Below are positions 47,944-58,052 of a stretch of DNA of 64,000 bases, piece after piece. The position numbers and the translations under genes are program-made. The stretch is from Deltaproteobacteria bacterium. Its GTDB lineage: Bacteria > Myxococcota_A > UBA9160 > SMWR01. The stretch spans positions 1-64,000 of the forward strand of contig JAQBGU010000096.1 in NCBI GenBank assembly GCA_032128375.1. Reading direction: 5' to 3'. The number at the start of each line of letters is the position of its first letter. Within the stretch, counting starts at the first letter, position 1. A model generated the notes under the pieces. It had not been told where the DNA came from, did not search any database, and saw only the letters and a list, made by a program, of their open reading frames with translations.

Positions 47944-49264
47944 TTGAGTACGCACAGCCAAAGCGGCGGAATCGAAGCGCGGGCGCCTCGATGGGGCCGC
48001 AAGCTGCGCGCCCCAGCCGGGGTCGCAGTCCGGACACTGCTCGTCCAGCTACCGATTTTCGATCGCTGGTTCAGCGTGATGGACGAGGCGCACATGCTGC
48101 TGTTCGCGGACCTGGTCACCCAGGGTCAACGCCTCTAGGCGACATGACACATCTACGGTCCGATCGGGTTGATCGCGTGGGGATGGATCGGGTGCTGGTG
48201 CTGTACTGGCCGCTGATCCTGCTCGCGATCGTGCAAGCCCACGCGCTTTTCCACGCGCATCGACGCCTGACCTGGATCGTCGCGGCCGCGATGCTGGCGC
48301 CAGTCGGCGCCGCAACCGCCTACACCGGTCGACTGGCCCTGCTGTTGCGCGAAAAGTACAGCGAACCAATTCAGGGCCCTCGCGCCGGAGTGTACGCAGA
48401 ACCCAGGTGCGCATGCTCGCCGAGCTCATCGCCTACATCCGCGATCACAGCGCGAAAGACCAACCCGTAGCCGTGTTGCCGTACTTCTCGATTGCGCATT
48501 TTCTTGCCGACCGCCACGGACCGCACGGGGCCAGTTACATCATCTGGCCGTTTGCCGAACGCGACCCACGCATCATCGACGCAGTGGACGCAACCGGCAC
48601 CGACCTCGTGATCTACAACTTTACGCAGTTCCCGAATTTCTCGCCGGCCTCCGAGTATGCGCCAGTATTGCACGACTACCTGGTGGAACATTTCGAGACC
48701 GATCGCACCTTCAGCGACGGGGCGTTCGGCTTCAAGCTGAGCGCGCTCCACCGAGTCGTGCGCAATCTTGCAGACCGACAATTGATCGAGGATCCGGGGA
48801 CCGCGAGGCTTCGAACCACAAGCGCGGGAGGAATCTCCCGCAGGATCGAAGGACCGGAGCGGAACCAGTATTTGTCCGCCACCACATGGCCGTTTCGTGA
48901 AGTGCTCGCTCTTCGACCGACCGCGGCCGGCGAGACCGTGCTCTCGGAGCAGCTCGAAGTTCCGCCGGCAACCCATCTGCGCACAGCTGTTGGAACGCAT
49001 CCCGACTTCTGGTTACAATTCCCGCCGACATGCGTCCGCTTTTCGATCAGCGCGGTAGTGGACGGTGAGCGCCGGCAGCTGTTCCAGCAACAGCTCGATC
49101 CACACCAGATTCTCGAAGACCGCGGCTGGTTCGACCTCGATTTGCCACTCGATAATCACACTGGGCAACGAATCGAACTGGAATTCGCCACCACGACTGC
49201 ACTCAGCCACGGACAGTCCCCGCTGATGGCGGGCGGTGTGCCCGTTATTCGTGTGGAGCCGTAG
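47944..49264 (+). pseudogene. Decayed paralogue of the adjacent GT-C gene (internal deletion and two frameshifts)
   Basis: Homology to 49264..51549 runs through three frames: QLPIFD..MDEAHML.FAD (stop at 48138), VLYWPL...GPRAGV, and AVLPYF...FLADR..IYNFTQF...WFDLDL. About 880 nt is missing between the first two blocks. Confidence 0.85.
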
Positions 49265-51549
49265 TGGCTGTAGTTGTTCCGGTTGTTCCGGTTGTTCCGG
49301 TTGTTCCGGTCGCTGAACAGGCGGGAGCAGGGCCGCCGGTGCGACAGTCACCGAACGGCATTGTCTCGTATTTCGAGATGGTCGCTATCGCAACCATCGC
49401 CGCCGGGTTCCAGCTGCCGTTTTTCGACACCGCGATATTTCTAATGGACGAGGGGCACATTCTGCAGTTCGCGGACATCCTGGCCCGTGGCGGCGAGCTC
49501 TATCGCGATGCGTCGCTGCTTCCGCTGCCGGGCTCGTTCTATTTCCTAGCCGCCGCGTTCAAGCTCTTCGGGACTTCGATCTTGGTAGCCCGCTGGATTG
49601 CGTTGATCGAGTTCTCGCTGCTCTGTGTGTTCGGCTTCCTGATGCTGCGTCATCTGGTTTCGCGGCCCTTCGCGTACGCTGGTGTGCTGCTGTTGTTCGT
49701 GTACCGCCTGTGGGCGTTCCCGCATTGGCACATGTACAGCTACTCGACGATGTCGTTGTGCTGGATCGCCGCCAGTCTCGTATTGTTGATGCGGTTCATC
49801 GACACCCAAGAACGTTGGCGCCTCGCACTCGCCGGCCTCCTGACAGGCTTCGCCGTTGCGTGTAAACAGGATTATGGCGTCGCGAGTCTCGTTGCGACGA
49901 ATGCGCTGCTACTCGTGCGTCATCGGACCGCAGAGGCCGCATCGCCCCAGCGGGGACTAGCGGCGCTCGGCTGGTTCACCGCCCCTGCTACCGCCGTCGG
50001 TGTAGTGGTTGCGATCCACTACCTGCAACAGGGCCTGTTCGGCGAATTGTTGCAACACACGTTGCTCCATCATCTGATCGGAATCGCGACTTTCGAATAC
50101 TCGTCGCTTCCGCCGGTTCTTCCACTGTTTGCACAGGAGCCGCTCCTCCGCGGGGCTTCCGGAATTGCTGCGTACACCCCCGGTGTCGTACTCCAGCTCG
50201 ACTGGGCAGCGCTTCGAGCCAGCGCATTCTACAACGAGACCTATATCTGGGACCTGTCGGTCAAGCTCTTTTTCTTCGCCCCCTACGGGATGGTTGCGTT
50301 CGGCGCCGCGCGGTTGTGGAAGCACCGGGCACGCGCCCGCAACTCACAACAGCGCACGACGTACTTTTGCGAGCTCGCGCTGTATTTCGTTGCTTCCGCG
50401 CTGGTGCTCGCAATGAACAAGCCCGTCGACTTCGTACACGTCGCGGTGCTCTACTGGCCGCTTTTGCTTTTGGGGGTGGTGTATCTCGCGGCGCTGCTTC
50501 GGAGTCGACCTCGAACCGCTTGGGCCCTGGCTGCGATCAGTCTGCTTCCGACGCTGATCGTGATCGGCTACACCGCGACACTCGCACAGCGGTTGAGCGA
50601 CCGTTACCAAACGCCCCTTCGCGGTGATCGGGCGGGCGTCCGTGTGCTTCCTGACGAAGAGCAGGTAATTGGTTCGATGGTCGACTGGGTGCGCTCCCAC
50701 TCTGAGCCTGGCGAACCTTTCGCGGTGCTGCCGTACTTCCCGTTGGTCTCGTTTCTGGCCGATCGCGATGCGCCGCACCGCGCGGCGTACACGTTTTGGC
50801 CGATCGAGTACATCCCGGGCCGTGAACGCCAAATCATCGACGCAATCGAAGCATCCGGAAACGACCGTCTGATTTACCATTTCACGCAGTTCGTGGTGTT
50901 TCCCCGAATGCCCGAATACGCCCCGGAGCTGTTCGAGTACCTGGTTGAGAGATACGAAATCGAGCGCGTCTTCACCAGCCGAGGTTGGGGCTACATGGCG
51001 GCCGGAATCCGCCGCAGCCCAACGCGCGCGCCCGGCATGGCCGTGATCGATTTCGATGATCCGAAGCTCGAGTTGTGGATCGAAATCGATGGAGAAGCGA
51101 AACAGCCGGTGCCGGACGCGAAACGGGGCGAGCTGCTCGCAACCGCCAAATGGCCGTTCCGACGCGTGTTCATGCTACGCCCACTCAGCGGACAGCGTCG
51201 CAGCGTCGCGGCCGTCACACTGGATGTCCCGGCTGGTGCGCGCTTGCAATCATCGGTCTCGGTGCATCCCGACAAGTGGTTCAACCACCCTCCGTCGTCG
51301 GTCACCTTTGGCATTCGCGCCCGGGTGGACGGAGAACTCCAGTCGCTGTACCGCCGAACGATCCGGCCACAGCAAGACCATCGGGATCGGCATTGGTTCG
51401 ACTTCGAGATCGACCTGAGCCAATACGGAGGCAGCGAGGTCCAGCTCGAGTTCACGACCGAATGCGAACTTCCATCAGGTGAGTTGCTCAATATGGGCGG
51501 GTTCGAGATTCCGCGGCTTGTGTTTTCAGAGACCGACGTGACGCCGTGA
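49264..51549 (+). CDS. GT-C fold membrane protein with C-terminal periplasmic beta-sandwich domain
   Basis: MDEG...LYRD loop, CKQ, multi-pass membrane, C-terminal WFDFEIDLSQYGG..V.LEF module. Start may be downstream of 49264. Confidence 0.75.
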   Translation: MAVVVPVVPVVPVVPVAEQAGAGPPVRQSPNGIVSYFEMVAIATIAAGFQLPFFDTAIFLMDEGHILQFADILARGGELYRDASLLPLPGSFYFLAAAFKLFGTSILVARWIALIEFSLLCVFGFLMLRHLVSRPFAYAGVLLLFVYRLWAFPHWHMYSYSTMSLCWIAASLVLLMRFIDTQERWRLALAGLLTGFAVACKQDYGVASLVATNALLLVRHRTAEAASPQRGLAALGWFTAPATAVGVVVAIHYLQQGLFGELLQHTLLHHLIGIATFEYSSLPPVLPLFAQEPLLRGASGIAAYTPGVVLQLDWAALRASAFYNETYIWDLSVKLFFFAPYGMVAFGAARLWKHRARARNSQQRTTYFCELALYFVASALVLAMNKPVDFVHVAVLYWPLLLLGVVYLAALLRSRPRTAWALAAISLLPTLIVIGYTATLAQRLSDRYQTPLRGDRAGVRVLPDEEQVIGSMVDWVRSHSEPGEPFAVLPYFPLVSFLADRDAPHRAAYTFWPIEYIPGRERQIIDAIEASGNDRLIYHFTQFVVFPRMPEYAPELFEYLVERYEIERVFTSRGWGYMAAGIRRSPTRAPGMAVIDFDDPKLELWIEIDGEAKQPVPDAKRGELLATAKWPFRRVFMLRPLSGQRRSVAAVTLDVPAGARLQSSVSVHPDKWFNHPPSSVTFGIRARVDGELQSLYRRTIRPQQDHRDRHWFDFEIDLSQYGGSEVQLEFTTECELPSGELLNMGGFEIPRLVFSETDVTP
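49273..49308. repeat. Tandem repeat, 4 x 9 bp GTTGTTCCG
   Basis: Four perfect units at 49273, 49282, 49291 and 49300. Confidence 0.9.
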
Positions 51550-52487
51550 GCCAGCTATGGCAGTCTGAACCGGCCTTGGACGAGTCCCAGCCCACGCACT
51601 GCCCCATCTGCGGATCAACGAACCCGAAACTGCGTTACCAGATTACACAGTACCGCGTCTATCGATGCACGAGCTGCGCGCAGGTCTATCTCTGGCCACT
51701 GATTTCCGATGACGAAGTGCGCGAGATGTTCACGACTCTGTATACGGAAGGCACGGGCTCTGTTCCCGAGCTCAAAACCTACTACGAGTTCACCTACGAC
51801 GATGTTCCCAGCAACCCCTTGGTTCAGGCCTACGAAGTCTGGCTGGGGCAACTGGAACGTTTCCAGCAGACCGGACGATTACTCGACGTCGGCTGCGGCA
51901 CCGGCCTGTTTCTGGCCGTCGCGAGGCGCCGTGGCTGGGAGACGTTCGGCATCGACGACTGCCTCGAGGCTACCGAGCACGCGCGCAACCACTTCAAGCT
52001 CGAAGTACTCGACGGCGATTTCTCGGATATCGGCGAGCGCGGCGAGCGCTTCGACGCGATCACGATGTGGGACATCATCGAACACGCGCGAGACCCGGTC
52101 GGGCTGCTAGCGAACGCGAACAGCGTGTTGGCTCCGGGAGGCGTGATGGGGATATCGACACCTAATCAGCGAAACATCCTCGATCTCGTCTTGGGCACCC
52201 TCTACCGGGTTACCGGCGGCGCGGTATTTACCCCACTCGACAAGATCTACTTTGAGCAGCACTTCCTGTATTTCGATCCCCACACGCTCGAGGCGGCGAT
52301 CGATCGGGCAGGATTGGAGGTGGCGTTCGCGAAGCGGGAACTCACGGACCTTCGGCGCCTGTACCTGTCCGCTCCGATGCGCCTGGTACTTCGGACTCTG
52401 TTTGCGGTGTCTCGACTCACTGGGCTCGAGAATCGGCTGTTCGCGATCGCGCGGCACCGGCCGGCGGCTGAGAAATTGCGGGCGTGA
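51546..52487 (+). CDS. Class I SAM-dependent methyltransferase with N-terminal CxxC pairs
   Basis: CPIC...CTSC, LLDVGCGTG, FDAITMWDIIEH, STPN; GTGA overlap. Confidence 0.88.
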   Translation: MSQLWQSEPALDESQPTHCPICGSTNPKLRYQITQYRVYRCTSCAQVYLWPLISDDEVREMFTTLYTEGTGSVPELKTYYEFTYDDVPSNPLVQAYEVWLGQLERFQQTGRLLDVGCGTGLFLAVARRRGWETFGIDDCLEATEHARNHFKLEVLDGDFSDIGERGERFDAITMWDIIEHARDPVGLLANANSVLAPGGVMGISTPNQRNILDLVLGTLYRVTGGAVFTPLDKIYFEQHFLYFDPHTLEAAIDRAGLEVAFAKRELTDLRRLYLSAPMRLVLRTLFAVSRLTGLENRLFAIARHRPAAEKLRA

Positions 52488-54745
52488 GCCGTTATTTCGC
52501 GACCGCCAGCGCGCTACTCGCTCTGTTCGGGCTGACGATTTACCAGAGTTCTCTGATCCTGTCCTGCCCCGAGAACTGCCTGCTCGACTACGTCTCCATG
52601 CACGGATCCGAGGTCGGAAACTCCGAGCTCCCGGACGCGCGATTGAATGCGTGGATCCTCGGCTGGGTGCAACATGCCGGTTGGACGCAGCCCGCGCGCT
52701 TGTTCGACGCCAACGCGTTTTTTCCGGCCCGAAACAGCCTCGCTGGGTCCGAACACATGATTGGAAACGCGCTGCTCACGCTCCCGCTGCGGCTGTTTAC
52801 CGACAGCGCGATCGCGTTACATCAGGCCGCGATGGTTCTGTCTTTCGGGCTGCTCGGGCTGTCCGTTTTTGTTTTTGTGTTATGGGCGGGCCGCTCACCC
52901 TGGGCAGCGCTGCTGGCGGGTGCGACCGCGATGTACATGCCTTGGCGCTATAGCGAGGTCGGCCATCTGCAGCTGCTCAGCGCGCAGTGGATCCCACTCG
53001 TATGGTGGTTGACCACTCGAGTACTGATGGGCGAGGGATCGCGGCGAGATGTCATCGCGCTCTCGTTCGCTCTGGGCATCCAGCTACTCAGCTCCTTCTA
53101 CTTGGCGTATTTCGTGTTGTTTTCCGCGGGTTGCCTCGCCGCTGCAGTGGCAATTCAAACGCGCCCATCGCTTCGCTGCTGGACGCGGTTGGGCACCGCC
53201 TACGCGATACCGATGGCTTTGCTGGTCGCTCTTTCGCTGCCCTATCTGAGCCGCTATTCGGCCTATCGCTTCGCGAGCCCGGCGGTCATTCCCCAATCGA
53301 CACCACCCGCTCTCGTGTTGTCGTTCCTCGCGCCTTCGCCGACGTTGTTCGCGGACTACCAACGCCTCGCGGACGTCAGCTACTACATCCCACTCGTCGT
53401 ATTCGCGCTCGCACTGGTGCCATTCGCGAGCAGGTTTGCAACACGGCGTGCCGCGGTCGATCTCGACCCAACCGAGCACCGCATCCGCATCGCGAGCCTG
53501 GGACTTCTGGCAGCGATCGCAGGCGCCTTCGTATTGATGTTGGGCCGCCAGCTTGCGATCGGGGAACTGGACGTACCCATCCTCGCGACACTACTGGCAA
53601 AGTCGCTCCCCGGCTTTTCGCAGATGCGGGCCGAGTTCCGCTGGGGCATCGTGATTGGAATCGCATTCCCGGTGCTGGCGGGGTTCGGTATCGCGCTACT
53701 CGATCGCGCGGGCGCCCGCTGGCGGCCCCTTCAGATTGGGATGAATCTGGCGATCGCCGCTGCCATCGCCCTCAACACGCCGATGTTCGAGCTTCCCGTC
53801 AAACCCGCATGGAAGCCGTCGACTGGAATCCTGGCCGCCCACCAGGCATTGGCAGATCTCCCACCCGGTACCACGGTCGAACTTCCATGGGGCTTCAGAC
53901 ACCTTCACACCGCCAGCTTTGGCAGCCGCTACATGTTGGCGAGTTCGCTCGATTGGAATCCGATCCTCAACGGCTACACCGCCTATCCCCCCGCGTCGCA
54001 TTTTTTCTTGCAGCGCATCGCGCAGCGCCTACCCGATGTGGGTGCACTCGATCGGTTGCGGCGGCTGACTGACCTGCGCTGGGTCGTCGTTCACCCGACT
54101 TCGGCACAGATGCGGAAGCGCTGGGACAACGCTGTAGATCGCGGACTGGTCGAACTCGCTTTCGCTGAGCCCAACGCGCGGATCTACCGCGTTCCCGAAC
54201 ACCCCGATAGCGGAGAGTGGCTAGCCGTACTGGCCTCCGATGCGCCGCGTCCGCGAACCTTCAGCGGGCTGTCGCGGGCCCCCATCGACGGCTCGCGAGC
54301 GATCGGTCTGATCCGGGTCGTGACTCCACCGACGATGAAGTACCAAAACGCCACCGGCATGGAGACCTGGATCGATCTCGACATACAGAACGATTCCGAC
54401 GCGAACTGGCCCGGCTTCGATATCCAGACCGAGGGGCTGGTCGAATTGCGCTATCGATTCATCGACCCGATCGGCAACGTCGTGCACGAAGACACCGCGT
54501 CGCTGGACACCGACGTGATGGCCGGCCGACAGGTCCGGACTCCGGTCGTCGTGCGCGCCCCTCCGCGTGAGGGGCTCTACACCGTTCGGTTCGATCTGGT
54601 ACAACGCATCGATAACGAATGGTTCGCGCTCTCGGTCGATTCAGTGGACCGAAAAGTCCAAGTCGAGCACGCGAGCGCGCCGTCGTCCCGAATGCGCGAT
54701 GAACTCCGAGCGCGAGGCCGGGATCCGACACGGATGCCGGACTAA
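52484..54745 (+). CDS. YfhO-like GT-C membrane protein with C-terminal Ig-like domain
   Basis: DARLNAWILGW, LFDANAFFP..NSLAGSEH, HLQLLS, YY/FY motif, ELP, LNGYTAY; C-terminal N.S...WP...L.Y...P...G.Y...FDLVQ...WF domain. Confidence 0.72.
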   Translation: MSRYFATASALLALFGLTIYQSSLILSCPENCLLDYVSMHGSEVGNSELPDARLNAWILGWVQHAGWTQPARLFDANAFFPARNSLAGSEHMIGNALLTLPLRLFTDSAIALHQAAMVLSFGLLGLSVFVFVLWAGRSPWAALLAGATAMYMPWRYSEVGHLQLLSAQWIPLVWWLTTRVLMGEGSRRDVIALSFALGIQLLSSFYLAYFVLFSAGCLAAAVAIQTRPSLRCWTRLGTAYAIPMALLVALSLPYLSRYSAYRFASPAVIPQSTPPALVLSFLAPSPTLFADYQRLADVSYYIPLVVFALALVPFASRFATRRAAVDLDPTEHRIRIASLGLLAAIAGAFVLMLGRQLAIGELDVPILATLLAKSLPGFSQMRAEFRWGIVIGIAFPVLAGFGIALLDRAGARWRPLQIGMNLAIAAAIALNTPMFELPVKPAWKPSTGILAAHQALADLPPGTTVELPWGFRHLHTASFGSRYMLASSLDWNPILNGYTAYPPASHFFLQRIAQRLPDVGALDRLRRLTDLRWVVVHPTSAQMRKRWDNAVDRGLVELAFAEPNARIYRVPEHPDSGEWLAVLASDAPRPRTFSGLSRAPIDGSRAIGLIRVVTPPTMKYQNATGMETWIDLDIQNDSDANWPGFDIQTEGLVELRYRFIDPIGNVVHEDTASLDTDVMAGRQVRTPVVVRAPPREGLYTVRFDLVQRIDNEWFALSVDSVDRKVQVEHASAPSSRMRDELRARGRDPTRMPD

Positions 54746-54779
54746 GGGCTCGCCCTTCGCTCAGCGGACCCAACAACAA

Positions 54780-55448
54780 TCAAGGGGACCGGTAGCTGTC
54801 CGCATATTCTTCGTTCCACAGCAGCACGTGGAATCGGCTGTTGGCCCGAATCACCTGCCAGCCTGCAGCATTCGCCATCCGCACAGAGTTTTCGTTGTCG
54901 AGCGGAATGGTTGCGTAGTCGGGAAGCCGCTCCGAATGCGTGAAGGCGGCGGTCTGCTTGAGCGCCTCCTGTCCCAACCCCAGGTTGTGAGTATTGGGAC
55001 GCGTCCAGATGCCGGTCACGGCACGCGACGGATAGAACAGGCGCAGCAACAAATATCCAACCAGTTCGTCTTCGACGAAAATTCCGAACGGAAGATAGGA
55101 GCGCCTTCGCAGCGCGCGCCCGGCCGAGCCACGATCGAGCGGATGGGGCGGTAGATAACGCGCTCGCAATGAAGCACACAGGTCCGCGAACATGACCTCG
55201 TCCTCTGGATGCAGGAAGCGAATCCTCGCCGCCAGACCCTTGCGTGTCTGCAGAGGGACGTCGAGAGTACCTGCTCGGCGCCGCAAGCCCGAAAAGCGCA
55301 GCGCCGCGAACATCTCGTTGCTCCAATCGTAAACCCGGAAAAGCCAGTGCCCGCGTTCGTTGAGACGGTATATGACTTCCTCGGCCCAATTCTGCAGTCC
55401 GGCCACACGCGGCGCGAGGTCGTCTTTTTTCCCGCCGTGGCCGTCCAC
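54780..55448 (-). CDS. GNAT-family N-acetyltransferase-like protein
   Basis: LVGYLLL, HNLGLGQEAL (motif A-like), N.NSVRMA..AGW; stop/start overlap with the deacetylase. Confidence 0.6.
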   Translation of the reverse strand: MDGHGGKKDDLAPRVAGLQNWAEEVIYRLNERGHWLFRVYDWSNEMFAALRFSGLRRRAGTLDVPLQTRKGLAARIRFLHPEDEVMFADLCASLRARYLPPHPLDRGSAGRALRRRSYLPFGIFVEDELVGYLLLRLFYPSRAVTGIWTRPNTHNLGLGQEALKQTAAFTHSERLPDYATIPLDNENSVRMANAAGWQVIRANSRFHVLLWNEEYADSYRSP

Positions 55449-56386
55449 TACCCGGCGTCCGATTCAGCGATGTACCATTGCGCGAACTCGCACAACGTGA
55501 CGGCTTCACCTGCTGCCGAGAGCGACTCCATCGCATGCGTCAGAAAACGTCTGCGGCCCTCGAACGAAACGGCGAGCGCGGGAGTCCGCGCAATCGCTAC
55601 TTCCAGTGCGGTCCCTTCGAAGTCTGCAAATTCGATCAGGTGGAACAACGCATGCAAGATGACGTGCCCCCGACCGTAGCGATTCATCATGAAGCTGAAG
55701 AATCGCGGTCCGAGACGTCGCAACAGGGTCGAGTAGAACGGAATGCGCGCTCCAGAAAGCGTCGAAAAAGGCAGCTCCAAGATGCGCGGCAGATTCCGGT
55801 CGGCATCGGGTCGACGGCGATGCAGTGCGTCCATGCGCGGCCAGTACGGGAGATTGGGTGCGAACGCGACGATCGGGTGACCGAGCTGATACTCGTCGCG
55901 TCGCACGAACAGCCGGCCGTAGACCATGAACGCCCACATCAACGGCGTTGGAAACACGGACGAATCGTACAGGTAGTCACGCTCCGCCAGGATACCGAGG
56001 GTCTCCTCATCGATTTCACAAGACGGTGTTCGCCAGCCGACTGGCTGCTCGCCCAGAATATCAGCGATGGCCTCGCCGCCCTGGTCGATCTCACGCTCCT
56101 TTTGTTGCCGACTCAGCTGGCGAAAATTGTAGGGGTGGCTGTAGGAGTGATTCCCGACCTCGTGGCCGCGCGCGACGATTTCGCGTATCCCGGCCCGGTT
56201 CTCCGCACGCGCCGCATCGCGACCGATCATGAAGAAGGTGGCGCGAATACCGCATCGGTCGAAGACATCGAGAAAGCGCGGAACCGCGTCGGAATAGAAA
56301 GTAGGCGCGTCTTCATCGAGCTCTGTGTCGACCAGGCTCTGATAATCCTGATAGTTGTCCAGATCGATGCTGATGCACACCTTCAT
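55448..56386 (-). CDS. Polysaccharide deacetylase (CE4/NodB fold)
   Basis: SIDLD, ATFF, GHEVGNHSYSH, GWRTP, YDSS, FHLIE; ATG at 56386 overlaps the upstream stop. Confidence 0.88.
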   Translation of the reverse strand: MKVCISIDLDNYQDYQSLVDTELDEDAPTFYSDAVPRFLDVFDRCGIRATFFMIGRDAARAENRAGIREIVARGHEVGNHSYSHPYNFRQLSRQQKEREIDQGGEAIADILGEQPVGWRTPSCEIDEETLGILAERDYLYDSSVFPTPLMWAFMVYGRLFVRRDEYQLGHPIVAFAPNLPYWPRMDALHRRRPDADRNLPRILELPFSTLSGARIPFYSTLLRRLGPRFFSFMMNRYGRGHVILHALFHLIEFADFEGTALEVAIARTPALAVSFEGRRRFLTHAMESLSAAGEAVTLCEFAQWYIAESDAG

Positions 56387-57186
56387 GCGCTGGCGGCCGC
56401 CACAGGTCGAGCGAGTGCGACCACATGCGCAGCGTGCCGTGCGATCATCGGTGACGAGAAGTACCGCCAGCGCCGTGACTCGGCTCGTGCGATCGCAGTC
56501 AATGCGCGAACGATCGCGTTGTCTCCAAATAGCCGAGTCTGTGCACTCACGCAGAACAGCCCGACCCCCCAGTAGCGCTCTTGCCGCAGGCCCGATTCCG
56601 CGAGCAGTGAGCCGATGGAGTCGAGGCTGTAGGTGCGCGAGATCATCAATTCGGATGGCCGCGTGCGCGCACGCAACCAGCGATAGATGTTGCCGAGACA
56701 CCCGTACAACGATTCGCTGGGGACGTATGTGTACAGGAAACGACCGCCTGGTTTCAGCACGCGTCGCATCTCGGCGAGCGCCTGGTGAAGGTCGGGCAGG
56801 TGATCAAACAGCTCCATGCAGCACACTACGTCGAACGAGCCATCGGCGAACTCCGAGAGGTCTTCCGCATTTGCCGAGCGGACCTCGAAGCGGTCTTCCA
56901 ATCCGAGTCCCCGAACGGTGTCATTCGCGATCTCGAGCATGTCCGGATTCAGATCGACGCCAATCACGTGGCAACCGCGGCCGGCGAACAGCGCGCCAAA
57001 GCGGCCCGGGCCGGTCCCGACGTCGAGCACCTTCCAGTCCGGATCGATTGCCAGCTGGTCTTCGAGGACGTGGAGTTCCGCGTTGTAGTGGAACGCAAGC
57101 GGTCCCGAGCCCGGCGTCCACCACTGGCTGACGGTACCGCCTCGGGCGAAGTAGTCGCCGACACCCTTCGCGTCGAGTTCGCTCAA
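56383..57186 (-). CDS. Class I SAM-dependent methyltransferase
   Basis: VLDVGTGPG, GVDLN..ML, SFDVV, RRVLKPGG. Confidence 0.88.
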   Translation of the reverse strand: MSELDAKGVGDYFARGGTVSQWWTPGSGPLAFHYNAELHVLEDQLAIDPDWKVLDVGTGPGRFGALFAGRGCHVIGVDLNPDMLEIANDTVRGLGLEDRFEVRSANAEDLSEFADGSFDVVCCMELFDHLPDLHQALAEMRRVLKPGGRFLYTYVPSESLYGCLGNIYRWLRARTRPSELMISRTYSLDSIGSLLAESGLRQERYWGVGLFCVSAQTRLFGDNAIVRALTAIARAESRRWRYFSSPMIARHAAHVVALARPVAAASA

Positions 57187-57920
57187 GGCGAACCCAAACG
57201 ACGCCGGACCAATAACAGCAGCGTGTCGATCGTTGTCCGAAGGACTGCCATCTTGCTCACACCCATTTTGAGGTCATAGCGGAGTATCAGCGGCACCTCA
57301 CTCATGATCGCGTCGAGCTTCCGAAGCTTCAGCAGGATGTCGACCATGCAGCTGAAACCGGTTTCGGCTACGAACTCGCCACCATAGGTGTCGAATGCCT
57401 GCTTGACCACGTCGGCGCGGTAGGCGCGATAGCCGGACGTGAAGTCGCGAACGCCTCGCGTGGGAAACAAGACTCGGAACATCGCGCTTCCGACCCGGCT
57501 CAGCGCTCGGCGGTACAGCGGAACGCCTTTGATATGCGATCCGTGCCGAAAACGCGACGCAATCACCACGTCGTTTCCCTCGTGAATTCCGCGCACCATC
57601 GACGAAATCAGGCCGGGCGTATGGGTGTTGTCGGAATCCATCGTGACGATGATGTCTCGCTCTTCGGCTCCTTCGATCGCGTGAATCAAACCGGTTCGAA
57701 TCGCGTCGCCAAGCCCGCGGTTGACTTCGTGATCGACCCGGGTGATCGGCATACTGACTGCCATCTTGTCCACGACATCGGCGGTCGCGTCGGTGCTGCC
57801 ATCGTTGACTACGATCACGCGATATTCGATCTGGTTTTCTTGCATCGCCTCGCGCGTACGTTCGAGCAGCAGGGGAAGCGTCTGCTCCTCGTTGTATGCC
57901 GGCAGTGTGATGATGACCAT
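57183..57920 (-). CDS. GT2 glycosyltransferase, DPM/DPG-synthase-like
   Basis: LPAYNEE, VVNDGSTD, NRGLG, TMDSDNTH, IASRF, DFTSGYRAY. Confidence 0.9.
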   Translation of the reverse strand: MVIITLPAYNEEQTLPLLLERTREAMQENQIEYRVIVVNDGSTDATADVVDKMAVSMPITRVDHEVNRGLGDAIRTGLIHAIEGAEERDIIVTMDSDNTHTPGLISSMVRGIHEGNDVVIASRFRHGSHIKGVPLYRRALSRVGSAMFRVLFPTRGVRDFTSGYRAYRADVVKQAFDTYGGEFVAETGFSCMVDILLKLRKLDAIMSEVPLILRYDLKMGVSKMAVLRTTIDTLLLLVRRRLGSP

Positions 57921-58052
57921 GCTCGCGAAGCCTTTCTCGCTCTGGCTGAATCATGCGCTCTAGGCGTATCTCGTGGCTGGGACCCTGCTACGATAGCCGA
58001 AAGCGCGCTGCATTTAGCCGCCTTCAGCCCCCGACGAGTGGCCAGCACCTTC

